DNA of 64,000 nucleotides from a bacterium (GCA_963669175.1 OY769902.1:1280001-1344000); one strand, 5' to 3'; positions 47,896-58,154 are shown, numbered from the stretch's first letter. Made by a program: numbers and translations. The notes: generated by a model not told the origin, from the letters alone.

Positions 47896-49398
47896 TCACT
47901 TTGTCAAATGATCCGCCACACGCAGCGCGTTTGCGATAATGGTTAACGCCGGTCCGACTCCCAATGAGGTCGGCATGAAACTGCCATCCACCACGAAAAC
48001 ATTATCTGTATCATGGACACGGCAGCAGCGATCCAGCACAGATGTTTTCGGATTGTCACCAAACCGGCAGGTGCCAACTTGGTGTGCTGTGTGGATGTCG
48101 TCCTTTTCGCCGGTTACACCAACCGTCAGCATCGCACCGCAGTGTCTCATCAACCTGGTCAACCTTTTCTTGACGAACTTCATCCGGAAGCTGTCATATT
48201 CGTGGAACTGGTGGTTCAGGCTGACCCGGTTGGTCCGATCCAGCGAAACTCTGTTCTCTGGTCGTGGTAAATCTTCAACTGTGGCGGCGAAGGCCAACGT
48301 CCTTTCGTATACCTTTTCCGCCAGTGGAAAGGGAACCGGGAAGGGCGCTTCATTTTGCAAAGTCAGCGGGCCGGGAACGGGCAGGGTTTGCACATAGCCC
48401 AGTTTGTGCGGAAATTCGGGTGTGCCGAAATAGTCATCGGTCCAGCCAAATTGTTTGCTGAACCGGTCTGCAGCCCCGGTTTCTTTCGGGAATACGCCTA
48501 CAACCAGCGCTCCGGCATGGTACATGTAATTACGCCCCAGTTCATCACTGGTCTGCCCCAGGCCGCTGTTCATCAGCAATACCGGGGACCAGACCGCGCC
48601 CTGGGAAATGATGAAAGTTTGCGCGCTGACTTGAACCCTCGCACCGGTAGAACGATTGCGCACTTGCAGGGATTGAATTGTCTTGGCGCCGTTGGGTTTG
48701 CGGATAAGTTTTTCCGCTTCCCAACCGGACCAAAAAGTAGCGCCGAAGTCTTCTACCGCCGGATCAAGCGCTAGCTGTGCAGCGTTACCACGGCTCCCGT
48801 TGGGACAGTAATATCCCGGGCAGGTTGGGCAACGAAGGCAGGTAGCAAAATTGATAGCCAGGGGCAAATGAAATGGGGAGATCCCGTGACACTCCAGCTC
48901 GGGTTTGATGCGTTGGTTGATCGGTTCCAGCTCCGGCAACGTGCCCGGATAGGGAATCGCCCGTTTGCCCAGGTGAGGAATTTCTGCCTTGTGGTCCCCG
49001 GAAACGCGGAACAGGTTTTCAGCTTCCGTATACCAGGGTTCAAGTTCATCATAGGACAGCGGCCATTGGTGCAGGTGGTCAGGCACGTGATCGGCATACC
49101 AGTCACCGGGTGTGAAATCCTCTTTTGCAGGCCGTAATAAAGCGCCGCCGTAAAGCGCTGTACCACCGCCCGGAATTCCACCGACATACAACCTGTCAGA
49201 GCGTCCATTCAGTTGAATGGCACGGTCATCCTGCGCTTCTCGGCGAATAAGCATCCGGTGTTCATTCTGAAACGCGGTTCTGTCCTTCAGCGGAAAACCG
49301 CGTTCAACAACCAGTACACGTTTCCCGGCCTTCGCCAGCGCATAGGCAATGGTGGAGCCGCCAGCCCCCGAACCGGATACCACAACATCGAAATCCAT
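47896..49398 (-). CDS. GMC family FAD oxidoreductase with Cys cluster
   Basis: GSGAGG, VERG, GGGT, WPLSYDELEPWY, CLRCPTCPGYYC, GRNYMYH, HQVGTCRFG, VVDGSFMPTS..PALTIIANALR. Confidence 0.92.
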   Translation of the reverse strand: MDFDVVVSGSGAGGSTIAYALAKAGKRVLVVERGFPLKDRTAFQNEHRMLIRREAQDDRAIQLNGRSDRLYVGGIPGGGTALYGGALLRPAKEDFTPGDWYADHVPDHLHQWPLSYDELEPWYTEAENLFRVSGDHKAEIPHLGKRAIPYPGTLPELEPINQRIKPELECHGISPFHLPLAINFATCLRCPTCPGYYCPNGSRGNAAQLALDPAVEDFGATFWSGWEAEKLIRKPNGAKTIQSLQVRNRSTGARVQVSAQTFIISQGAVWSPVLLMNSGLGQTSDELGRNYMYHAGALVVGVFPKETGAADRFSKQFGWTDDYFGTPEFPHKLGYVQTLPVPGPLTLQNEAPFPVPFPLAEKVYERTLAFAATVEDLPRPENRVSLDRTNRVSLNHQFHEYDSFRMKFVKKRLTRLMRHCGAMLTVGVTGEKDDIHTAHQVGTCRFGDNPKTSVLDRCCRVHDTDNVFVVDGSFMPTSLGVGPALTIIANALRVADHLTK

Positions 49399-49410
49399 GC
49401 AACGTGTCCA

Positions 49411-51801
49411 CTAATCAACAAAAGGTTCCAGCCGTGGTTTCAGCTCTTCGCTGGATAGCTGTTTCAGTACGGCTTCCCAACCGGAATTCGCCATGCCACG
49501 CACACGTGACAGATGACGCATTTCTTCATACTGCTCCGGCTGGTTCTCCACCATACTGATCAGGTTCAGTATGGCGTTCACCCAGGGTTCTTTTTCCAAG
49601 GCGGGGAGGATGAAACCAGTTTCACCATGATCCACCAGTTCTTTCGGGCCGCCACGATCCGAGACCAACGCCGGCAACTCGCTACATTGGGACTCGAGAA
49701 CCACCATGCCGAAGGTGTCCGTGACACTGGGGAAGACAAAAGCGTGGCCCTGTGAATAATAGAATGGCATATGATCCCATGGAAGTTTCCCGGTGAAAAC
49801 GACACGTGGATCATTCCCGAGTTCACGCTTCATTTCATCCAGGTACGGCCCGACGCCAAGGACGATCAGGTTGACATCTTCCCTTGTCTGCCAGACTTCA
49901 CGCAGGACATCAATCAGGAAGGGCAGGTTTTTATCACGTGATACCCGCCCCGCAAAGACAAGGTTGATTCCCGGGGGAAGGTCCAGCTTGTGTTCGCCCA
50001 GGGCTTCCTGTGGGATATAGCAGAAACGGTCATGGTCAATCTGTCGCGGGAAAACACGCATCTTGGCAGGATCAAGCCCACGCTTTGCCATGATATCGAT
50101 ATACTCCTGCGTGGGAACCTTGATCTCATCCATGAAGGAATAGAACCAGTTCACTGCCGATTCAACTGTCTCGACGATGTCGCTGTCATCTTCATTTTCA
50201 GCGATATGGCTCAATTCAAGGGTGAAATCGGTATGGTACACCCCGATCATGGGAATGTTGAACAATTTGGCAGCGATTGCGCCAAGAATGCCCACCGGTC
50301 CCGGCGTGGAGATGAAGATTTCATCAGGTTCGTAATCATTGAGCTGCTTCAGCGCTTTGAGGATGCTGGGAATTTTCATCCGCTGAGATTCATAATACGG
50401 AAGCTGAAATTCTGTCACCGAAGGCAGGTTAATCATGTTGGGCGGTAATGCGCCGGTGACCTCATCTTTACTCAAAGAAGTCACGATTTTGATATCAATC
50501 CCGCTGGCGAAGAACTGCCAGCCAAGGTGTTTCAAGGTCACCGAAACGCCATTCAGGTCGTTCAGGGTGTCGGTAAACCAGAGAATACGACGGTTCGGTT
50601 TTTCCGGAAGTTGAGCTCGCAGATCAGCCAGGAGTTTCCGGTTGTTATTCAAGTGGTGCAGGCTGCTGAAGAACGGCACCGCCAGAAACATACCGGGCAG
50701 TGCTGAGGAAAGTTTGTTCATCAATGCGAAAACATCGCCCTGATCCACCTGTTCCTGCACATTGGCAAGGAATCCGCCGACCATATTATCCGCAATTTCG
50801 GTGACCGTGTCATACAGCTTGTCCAGGTTTTCTTCAATGGATTGAATCTTGGACTTGCGAATATCTTCCACCAGTTCGGCTATCTTGCGCTTGTAGGGCT
50901 GGGAAGGATCAGCCTTGAGCCCCATTACGGTCAGGCTGTCCAGCAGGTTGGCTTTGCGCTCGCCGAAGATAATCGAGTTGATGGCATTCAGACTGAAGGT
51001 ATTGAGTAACGGTTGACTGCGTTGCTTGGAATAATCGTGTGCGATTTTGTATACGGTGAAGGCCAGTGACTGGAAATCGTTGGAGCGTCCCTTGGCGAAT
51101 GCTTTCCGGCTGTTTACATGGGTCAGGAATTCTTTTGGATTGGTTGCTCCCGCGAGGGTATAGGTGCGTCCTACATAGATTCCGGCGTGATCGTCTGACC
51201 CGCCAGTGAATCCCTTTACCCATGAATTGGAGCGTTGATAATCAATACCATGACGTTGTTGAAGCTTCTGCATCGCTTCATCATTCAGGTATTTCAGGAA
51301 GTAGTACAGGGTGGTGTTGGAGGAACGTGCCTGGCCACCGCTGATGGCTTCGAATACATCAAACAGCAGTACCAGCTTTTCGAGATGCGAGATGCTCAAT
51401 TTGTGGTTGATGCTGTAGGTGGGGTGCGCGACTGAATGCGCCAGCTTCTGGTCAACCAGGTAGTCGCGCAACGTATAGATATTCTCGCGAATGCGTTGAA
51501 TCTCTTCAAACTGCTCTCCGGTCAATCCCCAGATCAGCAGGTGAATTTTGCAGCCGTCTTCGGGGAAATACGTGGTGGACTCCACACCTGTGAACGCGTC
51601 ATCATATCTCTCCGCCAATTGAATCGCGCCGTCCATGCAGTTGTGGTCGGTGATTGTGACAAAATCCATTCCCCTTTCCTTCGCCATCTGGTAGATGGTT
51701 TCCGGCTCGGTATAGGATTGGGACGCGCCCAGTTTCTGCAGGAACCACTCGGACGGACGGTCGGAATACCTGGAATGGACGTGAAGATCTGCTTTGGCCA
51801 T
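49411..51801 (-). CDS. PHP phosphoesterase-like domain fused to a GT4 glycosyltransferase
   Basis: N-terminal DLHVHS, ITDHN, AHP and GGSDDH. C-terminal FTDTLNDLNGV, YHTDF, GRVSRDKN and FPSVTDTFGMVVLE. Confidence 0.9.
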   Translation of the reverse strand: MAKADLHVHSRYSDRPSEWFLQKLGASQSYTEPETIYQMAKERGMDFVTITDHNCMDGAIQLAERYDDAFTGVESTTYFPEDGCKIHLLIWGLTGEQFEEIQRIRENIYTLRDYLVDQKLAHSVAHPTYSINHKLSISHLEKLVLLFDVFEAISGGQARSSNTTLYYFLKYLNDEAMQKLQQRHGIDYQRSNSWVKGFTGGSDDHAGIYVGRTYTLAGATNPKEFLTHVNSRKAFAKGRSNDFQSLAFTVYKIAHDYSKQRSQPLLNTFSLNAINSIIFGERKANLLDSLTVMGLKADPSQPYKRKIAELVEDIRKSKIQSIEENLDKLYDTVTEIADNMVGGFLANVQEQVDQGDVFALMNKLSSALPGMFLAVPFFSSLHHLNNNRKLLADLRAQLPEKPNRRILWFTDTLNDLNGVSVTLKHLGWQFFASGIDIKIVTSLSKDEVTGALPPNMINLPSVTEFQLPYYESQRMKIPSILKALKQLNDYEPDEIFISTPGPVGILGAIAAKLFNIPMIGVYHTDFTLELSHIAENEDDSDIVETVESAVNWFYSFMDEIKVPTQEYIDIMAKRGLDPAKMRVFPRQIDHDRFCYIPQEALGEHKLDLPPGINLVFAGRVSRDKNLPFLIDVLREVWQTREDVNLIVLGVGPYLDEMKRELGNDPRVVFTGKLPWDHMPFYYSQGHAFVFPSVTDTFGMVVLESQCSELPALVSDRGGPKELVDHGETGFILPALEKEPWVNAILNLISMVENQPEQYEEMRHLSRVRGMANSGWEAVLKQLSSEELKPRLEPFVD

Positions 51802-52069
51802 AAACCCCTCACTGGTTGCTCACAATTCGCGGATTTTTGTTCACCCGGAATGGCGAGCGTGTAAATCACGGTATAGTTGACCTATACTTTACTTGCGCGA
51901 ATCTTTGCGTTGTGTCAGGATATGCGTTTTTTGTTAGCGTTTGTCGAGTGTTCCGTTAAAGGAACATGTTGGTCTCGTTCGTCTCTTCCCCTGCGCAAAG
52001 CTCTGAGATATCGTATATTACTTTCGCTTTTTGATCGGGAAACGCCACCATTCCAACAGGGACCGATCC

Positions 52070-53827
52070 ATGCCACGAAACCTCCTGTACATGATAGTCG
52101 TTGTGTTGATGTTTGCTGCCCCGGTATGTGCGATGGATATTTTCCAGGCAATCTGGCAGGATGAAGTCGACAGCCTTACCACCCTGATCAATGCTGATCC
52201 CAAGGCCAAATTTCTGAAGGAACGGGATGAAGCGGGACGTTATCCCCTTCATGTGGCGGTAGTTGCGGATAATGAACGCATGTTTGACATGTTGCTGGCG
52301 CGTGGCGGCGATATCAACATGGTCGATAAAAATGGGCTTACTCCCCTGTTGTATGCAGTAGTCACCGAGAACCTGTCTTTCGTAAAACACTTGCTTGAAT
52401 TGGGAGCAAATGTTGCTATTGTTACTCCGCATGGCGACTCAGGGATCCATCTTGCCGCCGCCAGAAACAACACAGCCATTATCGAGAACCTTGCAGCGTA
52501 CCATGGCGACCTGAACGCTGCGAACGAAACCGGGCAACGTCCGCTCCATATCGCTGTGACCATCGGACAGCCAAACCTGATCCATTTCCTGATTGATCGT
52601 GGCGCCGATCCGAACCAGGGCGACCGTGATGGCATCACGCCGCTTCACCTGGCTGTCATGCAGGGTAGTCCGGCGATGGTTACCCTGCTGCTGGATCGTG
52701 GGGCAGCGGTGAATCTGCAAACAGCCTCTTCCTTCGACATACCGGCCGGACGTGAAGGAACTCCGATACACTTGGCAATCCTGTTCGATCGTTCGAGAAC
52801 ATTGAAAACACTTTTCGACTACAGCCCGAACACACGAATCCAGAACAAAGCAGGCTATACCCCGTTGATGGTCGCCATTGATGAAGGCAACATGGATATG
52901 GTTGACCAGTTGCTGCGCGCCCGTGCGGATGTCGAGAACAAGGAAGGCTTCCCGACACCCATGGACCAGGCGCTGGAGTTGGGCAGCTTTGAACTGGTCG
53001 ATCGTCTGATCCAGTATGGGTACCCGGTAAACCGTCCGAACCCGAAGGGACGGCCGCCGCTCAACGAAGCGATTCACCGTGAGTATGTGGATATCGTAGA
53101 ACTGCTGCTGGACAACGGCGCGGAAGTGGAAGGCACCGAGACTTCTGAATACCCGATGGATGTGGCGATGGATGTACGCAACCTGGCTATTATCGATCAC
53201 CTGATTCTTGCCGGAGTATTCCTGGAAGCTCAAAACGAACGTGGCAATACACCACTTCGTACTGCGGTAAATAATGAGGATATTCCGCTTGTGCGGTTAT
53301 TGTGCAACCGTGACGCAAATGTCAACGAATTCACAGAACAGGGGGAATTGACCCTGCTGCAGACCGCGATTAAAAAGGGAAATATCGAGATCACACGTAT
53401 GCTGATTGAAAGCGGTGCTGAAACAGAATGTGGGGAAACGCTGGAAGATTCGCCGATCTTCATGGCGATGGACGAAGGTTACATGTTTCTCGCGCTTACG
53501 TTGGATGCTTATGACGCCGATGTGAACCGTCGGGACGTGGAAGGCAATACTTACCTGCATTACGCGGCCCAGATGAGCGATGTTCGCATGATCGGCCTGT
53601 TGATGGATGCCGGGGCGGATGTGGACGCGACCAATGACATGGAAGAGACACCGTTGCATCGTGCCGCTCAGAAGGGAAATGAGGAAGCGGTGGAGATGCT
53701 GCTGGCGTATGGCGCGGATATCAACGCCGAAGATGCAGCCGGGCAGACGCCGCTCGACGTGGCGCGCGGTCATGCACAGGAACTGCTGTTCCTCTACAAT
53801 GCCCGGAATGGCAACGCCGAAGAATGA
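52070..53827 (+). CDS. Secreted ankyrin-repeat protein
   Basis: Signal peptide followed by roughly 15-16 G.TPLH.A...LL..GADVN-type repeats. Confidence 0.92.
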   Translation: MPRNLLYMIVVVLMFAAPVCAMDIFQAIWQDEVDSLTTLINADPKAKFLKERDEAGRYPLHVAVVADNERMFDMLLARGGDINMVDKNGLTPLLYAVVTENLSFVKHLLELGANVAIVTPHGDSGIHLAAARNNTAIIENLAAYHGDLNAANETGQRPLHIAVTIGQPNLIHFLIDRGADPNQGDRDGITPLHLAVMQGSPAMVTLLLDRGAAVNLQTASSFDIPAGREGTPIHLAILFDRSRTLKTLFDYSPNTRIQNKAGYTPLMVAIDEGNMDMVDQLLRARADVENKEGFPTPMDQALELGSFELVDRLIQYGYPVNRPNPKGRPPLNEAIHREYVDIVELLLDNGAEVEGTETSEYPMDVAMDVRNLAIIDHLILAGVFLEAQNERGNTPLRTAVNNEDIPLVRLLCNRDANVNEFTEQGELTLLQTAIKKGNIEITRMLIESGAETECGETLEDSPIFMAMDEGYMFLALTLDAYDADVNRRDVEGNTYLHYAAQMSDVRMIGLLMDAGADVDATNDMEETPLHRAAQKGNEEAVEMLLAYGADINAEDAAGQTPLDVARGHAQELLFLYNARNGNAEE

Positions 53828-53862
53828 TGACTCACAGGATGCAAGGATACTGATGGAAAATT

Positions 53863-54090
53863 GAGACTGCCACTCTTTTCGCTTGTGAGTATGTTGTGGA
53901 TTGTGAACCATGTTGAATTTCAGACTCTGGGTATTGCTTACTGGAAAACATGTTACGAAAAGGTGGCTGTCCCGGCATTTTCCTGCGTGGAACTATCCTG
54001 TATTGCAAGCGAAAAATCTGGTACAGTTACCTTTTCATCAAGACTGGTATGATAGTCCTGTAGTTGAAAACATGAAAAGGTAACAGTCCC
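53863..54090 (-). repeat. Four-box element, family A, copy 3 (228 bp, inverted)
   Basis: Reverse complement of the same four boxes. Spacers 37/46/76 bp. Confidence 0.9.
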
Positions 54091-54240
54091 ATTTTTCGGA
54101 AGTTTATACCAATAAAGCCGCACAAGATGAAACCGGACATCAGAAGATGAGTGTAACTACTGAAGGTTCTGTCAGCTTAACTTGAACCGCATCGAGAGTC
54201 GTGGTTTGCGAGTTTACCATACAAATGTGAGAGTCCGCCC

Positions 54241-54354
54241 ATGCGCTTCATCCTCGAACTCATTTCATGGATTGTTGATCCGATCCTGGGAATTTTCGGA
54301 TGGTTTGTCAATGATGTCATCCGGGTGGATCGTGAGACGCGTCGGAAGACTTGA
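54241..54354 (+). CDS. Candidate 37-aa amphipathic/membrane peptide
   Basis: MRFILELISWIVDPILGIFGWFVNDVIRVDRETRRKT, translated by hand (below the ORF-track cutoff). Weak GAGAG upstream. Confidence 0.4.
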   Translation: MRFILELISWIVDPILGIFGWFVNDVIRVDRETRRKT

Positions 54355-54544
54355 TGAAATATTATCAATAACTTAAACTGTTCAGGCTTTGAGGATAGTA
54401 GCGCCCTATTAAAAGGAGCATTTTGTGTCTGGAAGTGTTGCGTTCAATAAGATTTCCAATTATATTTGGCAAAGTAGTTATCTTAGCGAAGTCTCGCTTC
54501 TCAACACCCACATTCTTCATTCCCACCTTCCATGGAGGCTAGTT

Positions 54545-54913
54545 ATGCCGACGAACCACTCTCTCCAAAAGCCACCTCAAGCAAAACAACCCCAAAAGGA
54601 AAAATCAAGAACATCTTTTGATATTCTTGTACAAGTGTTCACCGAAAACCTTCGATTCATTCTTTTTGGCCTTATGGCGCCAATTGCTTCATCCATTATT
54701 TATATCGCAACGCACAGTATTGTTGCGGTATTTTTCACAATAGCTACGATGATGATAATAATCTATTATCCAGTCGTTAAATCAGGTATCAATCACAGTA
54801 AAACCTTTCATCTGAATATGCAATTCTGGAAATCGATATTCAGTATTGACATGGAAGTTGATAACGGCAAAATAAGCACAAATACAACAGAGCAGAAGGA
54901 CGAAAGGAAGTAA
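54545..54913 (+). CDS. Hypothetical two-TM membrane protein
   Basis: GGAGG Shine-Dalgarno before ATG 54545, two hydrophobic helices, AT-rich sequence. Confidence 0.6.
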   Translation: MPTNHSLQKPPQAKQPQKEKSRTSFDILVQVFTENLRFILFGLMAPIASSIIYIATHSIVAVFFTIATMMIIIYYPVVKSGINHSKTFHLNMQFWKSIFSIDMEVDNGKISTNTTEQKDERK

Positions 54914-55185
54914 ACAAAGTTCGGGAGTATTCCTGATGGAACTGAATCAGGTAGTCCAAACGTATAACCTATGAACGGAAGAAGTCGGGTGGATGATAAC
55001 CAGAAGATAAACTCCAAGAGTCAATACATTTATTAAGGTTTATAAACTCAAGCTTCAGGAATCCAACGGTTTCTCGGTATTCTGTGTCTTATCTCGCATT
55101 TTTGCTCTTCATGTTTAAGATGTTGATATATAACAAGCAAGGGATTCACAATGTAAGCTGCGCCCGTATTCGCCTAACAGTTGAC

Positions 55186-55214
55186 TTGACTTCGAGTTAA
55201 AATTCTACTATTAT
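55186..55214 (+). promoter_or_regulatory. Sigma70-like promoter upstream of the HTH gene
   Basis: TTGACT-17 bp-TATTAT. Confidence 0.5.
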
Positions 55215-55367
55215 TCAATAGGAGTACGATTTGATAACGAAACGTGTACGCAAGTGAAAGGAATAGAGAGATAATCCTTGCTATTTTAGTGGACCAGCAG
55301 TATACTCTGAGTGGGTGCCATGTACGCTTAAGGTGTACTGACAGAAAATGGCAAGGAGGACATAAAG

Positions 55368-55979
55368 ATGTCAGGAACGGAAAAAAAACACTCGGAAGAA
55401 GTGAAGGTCGGCGCAGAGAATTCGGACGCTGATTCGGTTGGAGAGTCAAAGAAGCAAAAACAGAAATCGGTAAAGAACAAGGGCAGTAGTGGCATTTTGC
55501 CGTTGGATAAGTTGGTGGCTGCTATTGTTGGGCTGGGTTTTTCGCAACATCAAATAGCGCAGATGTCTGGGATTTCAAAACAGTACTTATCGAAGATCCT
55601 CAGCGAAAACCAATGTAACAATGCTCTTTATGTGATACTGCTGACCATCAGACGCAACAAAGTGTCAATCGCTTTCAGTCTAGGAAGAATAGCTCGTGTA
55701 CTGCTACTCTATGGCGAAATGCCGAAGTCAGAAATCGGTTTTTGGAAAAAAGACATTAACGCACTAGTAAACAGTTTTGAAAAGTATGCACCGCCCATTG
55801 GTAGTGAAGGAGATTTCATCTTGTTACATCTGTTGGCGACATCATTACCACCTGCAGTCGGATGGCCTCCGAAATATGTAGATCTATCGGATGCCTACCA
55901 GTGGACTGAATTCCAGCGCGGTATGTATGCAAGCACTGAAAACAATAATATGGAGGCTTCCGAGCAGTCGTATTTGTAA
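55368..55979 (+). CDS. XRE-like helix-turn-helix protein with unknown C-terminal domain
   Basis: AAGGAGG Shine-Dalgarno. HTH pattern GFSQHQIAQMSGISKQYLSKIL. Confidence 0.7.
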   Translation: MSGTEKKHSEEVKVGAENSDADSVGESKKQKQKSVKNKGSSGILPLDKLVAAIVGLGFSQHQIAQMSGISKQYLSKILSENQCNNALYVILLTIRRNKVSIAFSLGRIARVLLLYGEMPKSEIGFWKKDINALVNSFEKYAPPIGSEGDFILLHLLATSLPPAVGWPPKYVDLSDAYQWTEFQRGMYASTENNNMEASEQSYL

Positions 55980-55986
55980 GTTGTAT

Positions 55987-56020
55987 TATACCCCTGGCTT
56001 GTAAGATCAGGGGTATTTTT
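55987..56020 (+). terminator. Terminator after the HTH gene
   Basis: TACCCCTG...CAGGGGTA followed by TTTTT. Confidence 0.7.
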
Positions 56021-56377
56021 GTCTCAAAAAGTTTCTCGAACAACATAACTGGAGAGGAGGTGACTTTCATCTAGATCATGGCGAACAAGCGGATGTTCTT
56101 CTGGAGCAGAGCATTTATTTCCACAATCTACTCCAGGATCAGGGGGATAGAATGTTATCGTCAAAGATATATACAACAGAGTGTTAAGCGTTAGAACGCC
56201 CCTGTGACGTAAACATTACTGTTAAGGAGTAACTCATGATTTCGTTTATTGAGGTTGAAAACCTTCAAACTGCAGTACCGCTTTGTAAGTGTAGTTGCAG
56301 AAAACACGGGGTTGGTACCGTGTTAAAGTCTCACTCGCGCCTCCTGTGGGACGTGGGAAAAAAAGGAGTAAAAAAGA

Positions 56378-56788
56378 ATGCCGGTCGACGAGGAGAAGAC
56401 GGTTAGCGGGGTAAGAAACATCAACGACACATTGATCATTATGGGGGAGTACGAAAACGGAATGCGGCTTGCAATGGATGGTTTCAGAGAGCTTGAATTT
56501 CGGGCCTGGCAGAATGATGCACCAGACCTTTCTTCTGAAGAGATGTTTCGGTACGAAACTTACATTGCAACAAACACGATGTTGCGTCTTCGCAACAAGT
56601 TTGAAGGTGTGAAATACGTGAAAGCGACATTGACTGCTGTGGCGCCAAATCCTGCTGTTTGGCCACACGCGTTGGATAGCTGTGTGATACTGGAGGAGAG
56701 TGTAAAAAGGATGGAAGCAACATACATTAAAGCAAGGTTCACGTTGGTGTGGGGGAAGGGATTACGCGAAGATGGTTCGATTGTCTGA
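56378..56788 (+). CDS. Hypothetical protein (136 aa)
   Basis: AAGGAG upstream of the ATG, followed by a bidirectional hairpin. Confidence 0.55.
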   Translation: MPVDEEKTVSGVRNINDTLIIMGEYENGMRLAMDGFRELEFRAWQNDAPDLSSEEMFRYETYIATNTMLRLRNKFEGVKYVKATLTAVAPNPAVWPHALDSCVILEESVKRMEATYIKARFTLVWGKGLREDGSIV

Positions 56789-56818
56789 GGTTCTATTCAT
56801 CATCGTCCGGGCCAAGCT

Positions 56819-56855
56819 CAAACAGGGTCGTTCCACATGGAAACGACCCTGTTTG
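56819..56855. terminator. Bidirectional terminator hairpin
   Basis: CAAACAGGGTCGTTCC-ACAT-GGAAACGACCCTGTTTG between convergent genes. Confidence 0.7.
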
Positions 56856-56876
56856 GTTATATAGATTTGCGTTCTC

Positions 56877-58154
56877 TTACGCCTTTTCGACGATGATACC
56901 TTTCTGCAGGTTGAACTGGTAGTTGATTTCGCCCATGCTACCATAACGGTTTTTAGCGATAGCCAGACGCAGCGCGCGCGGGGTAAGCTTGGTATCGATA
57001 CGGCGCATACGTTCGGTACCGTGTACGTTTTCACGCAGCAGCATGGCGGTGTCAGCGCTGAATTCCAGTTCGCCGGATTCCTTCAGGTCTTTCAGGGTCG
57101 GTTCTTCATAGCCTTCACGAGTCAAACTGGAGACCACGACCACCGGGCTCTCGAGACGGAAAGCCATGTCACGAAGCTGGCCGACCAGGCCGGATACGAT
57201 ATGTTCGAAGTTGATCTTGTCTTCGCTGTTGGATGCCCAACGCTGCAGGTAGTCCACGATAATCAGGGCCTGCTTGGAACCGGTGCGGTTCATGGTCTGA
57301 CGGCACATGGATTCAAGCTGCGGTACGTCCAGCGTGGCAGTACCTTCCACGAAGTGCAACAAAGCGAGCTGATCCTTGTACTCTTCGTAGACTTCCATGA
57401 GCTCTTCATGGTCTTCTTCGGAGTACTTGCCGTCCGCGTATTTCTTCATGACCAGGCCGCCCTTCTGGCAGAAGATCTTCAGGGTCAAACGCCAGAGGAC
57501 TTCGTCAAAGCTGACGAACACAACCGGGGTGCCATTTTCGACTACGTAAGAGGCTACCTGGAGCATGAAGGTCGTTTTACCCAGACCGGGACGACCGGCG
57601 ATAATGTGCAACGCCGGCTGCAAACCGCCCAACAACTCATCCAGTTCGGGGAAGCCGGTGTTGACACCACTGCCGCCGCCACGACGCTTTTCCAGGTCGC
57701 CCATGATCTGCGGGAACAGGGTTGTAACTGAAAGTGAACGGTCTGTACGGAAATCCTTCAACAGCGCATTGGCCAGGTTAATCTGCTTGGTCATGTGCTC
57801 AATGATGGTTTCCGCTTTTGTGTTGGCATCATCCAGGTCTTTGTCGATGATGGTCGGCAGAGCAGCGAGCTGACGTTTCTGCCAGAGGTCAACCAGCTTG
57901 CGCGCAACCTCGAGATGTTCTTTTGCCGGTGTCCAACCTGCCACACTGGGCATTTCACCGTCTTCTTCCATGGCCGTTTCGATGGCGTTACACATCTGGG
58001 CGTTTTCTGTGGAATAGAACACGTCAGAAGAAATGATTCCACGAACATCGAAGTACGCTTTAGGTTTGACAGCCATGGCGGCCAGTAGTGACCGTTCCAT
58101 TTCCAAGTCGACATGCTTTTTCTGTGCATCAGTCATCGTCGCATGCTCTTGCAT
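56877..58154 (-). CDS. DnaB-like (SF4) helicase, divergent mobile-element type
   Basis: TGFPELDELLGGL, Walker A GRPGLGKT, IVDYLQ, PTLKDLKESGELEFSAD, IAKNRYG. The N-terminal domain is shortened. Confidence 0.88.
   Translation of the reverse strand: MQEHATMTDAQKKHVDLEMERSLLAAMAVKPKAYFDVRGIISSDVFYSTENAQMCNAIETAMEEDGEMPSVAGWTPAKEHLEVARKLVDLWQKRQLAALPTIIDKDLDDANTKAETIIEHMTKQINLANALLKDFRTDRSLSVTTLFPQIMGDLEKRRGGGSGVNTGFPELDELLGGLQPALHIIAGRPGLGKTTFMLQVASYVVENGTPVVFVSFDEVLWRLTLKIFCQKGGLVMKKYADGKYSEEDHEELMEVYEEYKDQLALLHFVEGTATLDVPQLESMCRQTMNRTGSKQALIIVDYLQRWASNSEDKINFEHIVSGLVGQLRDMAFRLESPVVVVSSLTREGYEEPTLKDLKESGELEFSADTAMLLRENVHGTERMRRIDTKLTPRALRLAIAKNRYGSMGEINYQFNLQKGIIVEKA

Noticed and set aside
57637-57648. 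ELDE in the DnaB-like helicase
   Set aside because: It is part of the conserved TGF..LD..LGGL helicase motif in a cytoplasmic protein, so it is not counted as a processing site.
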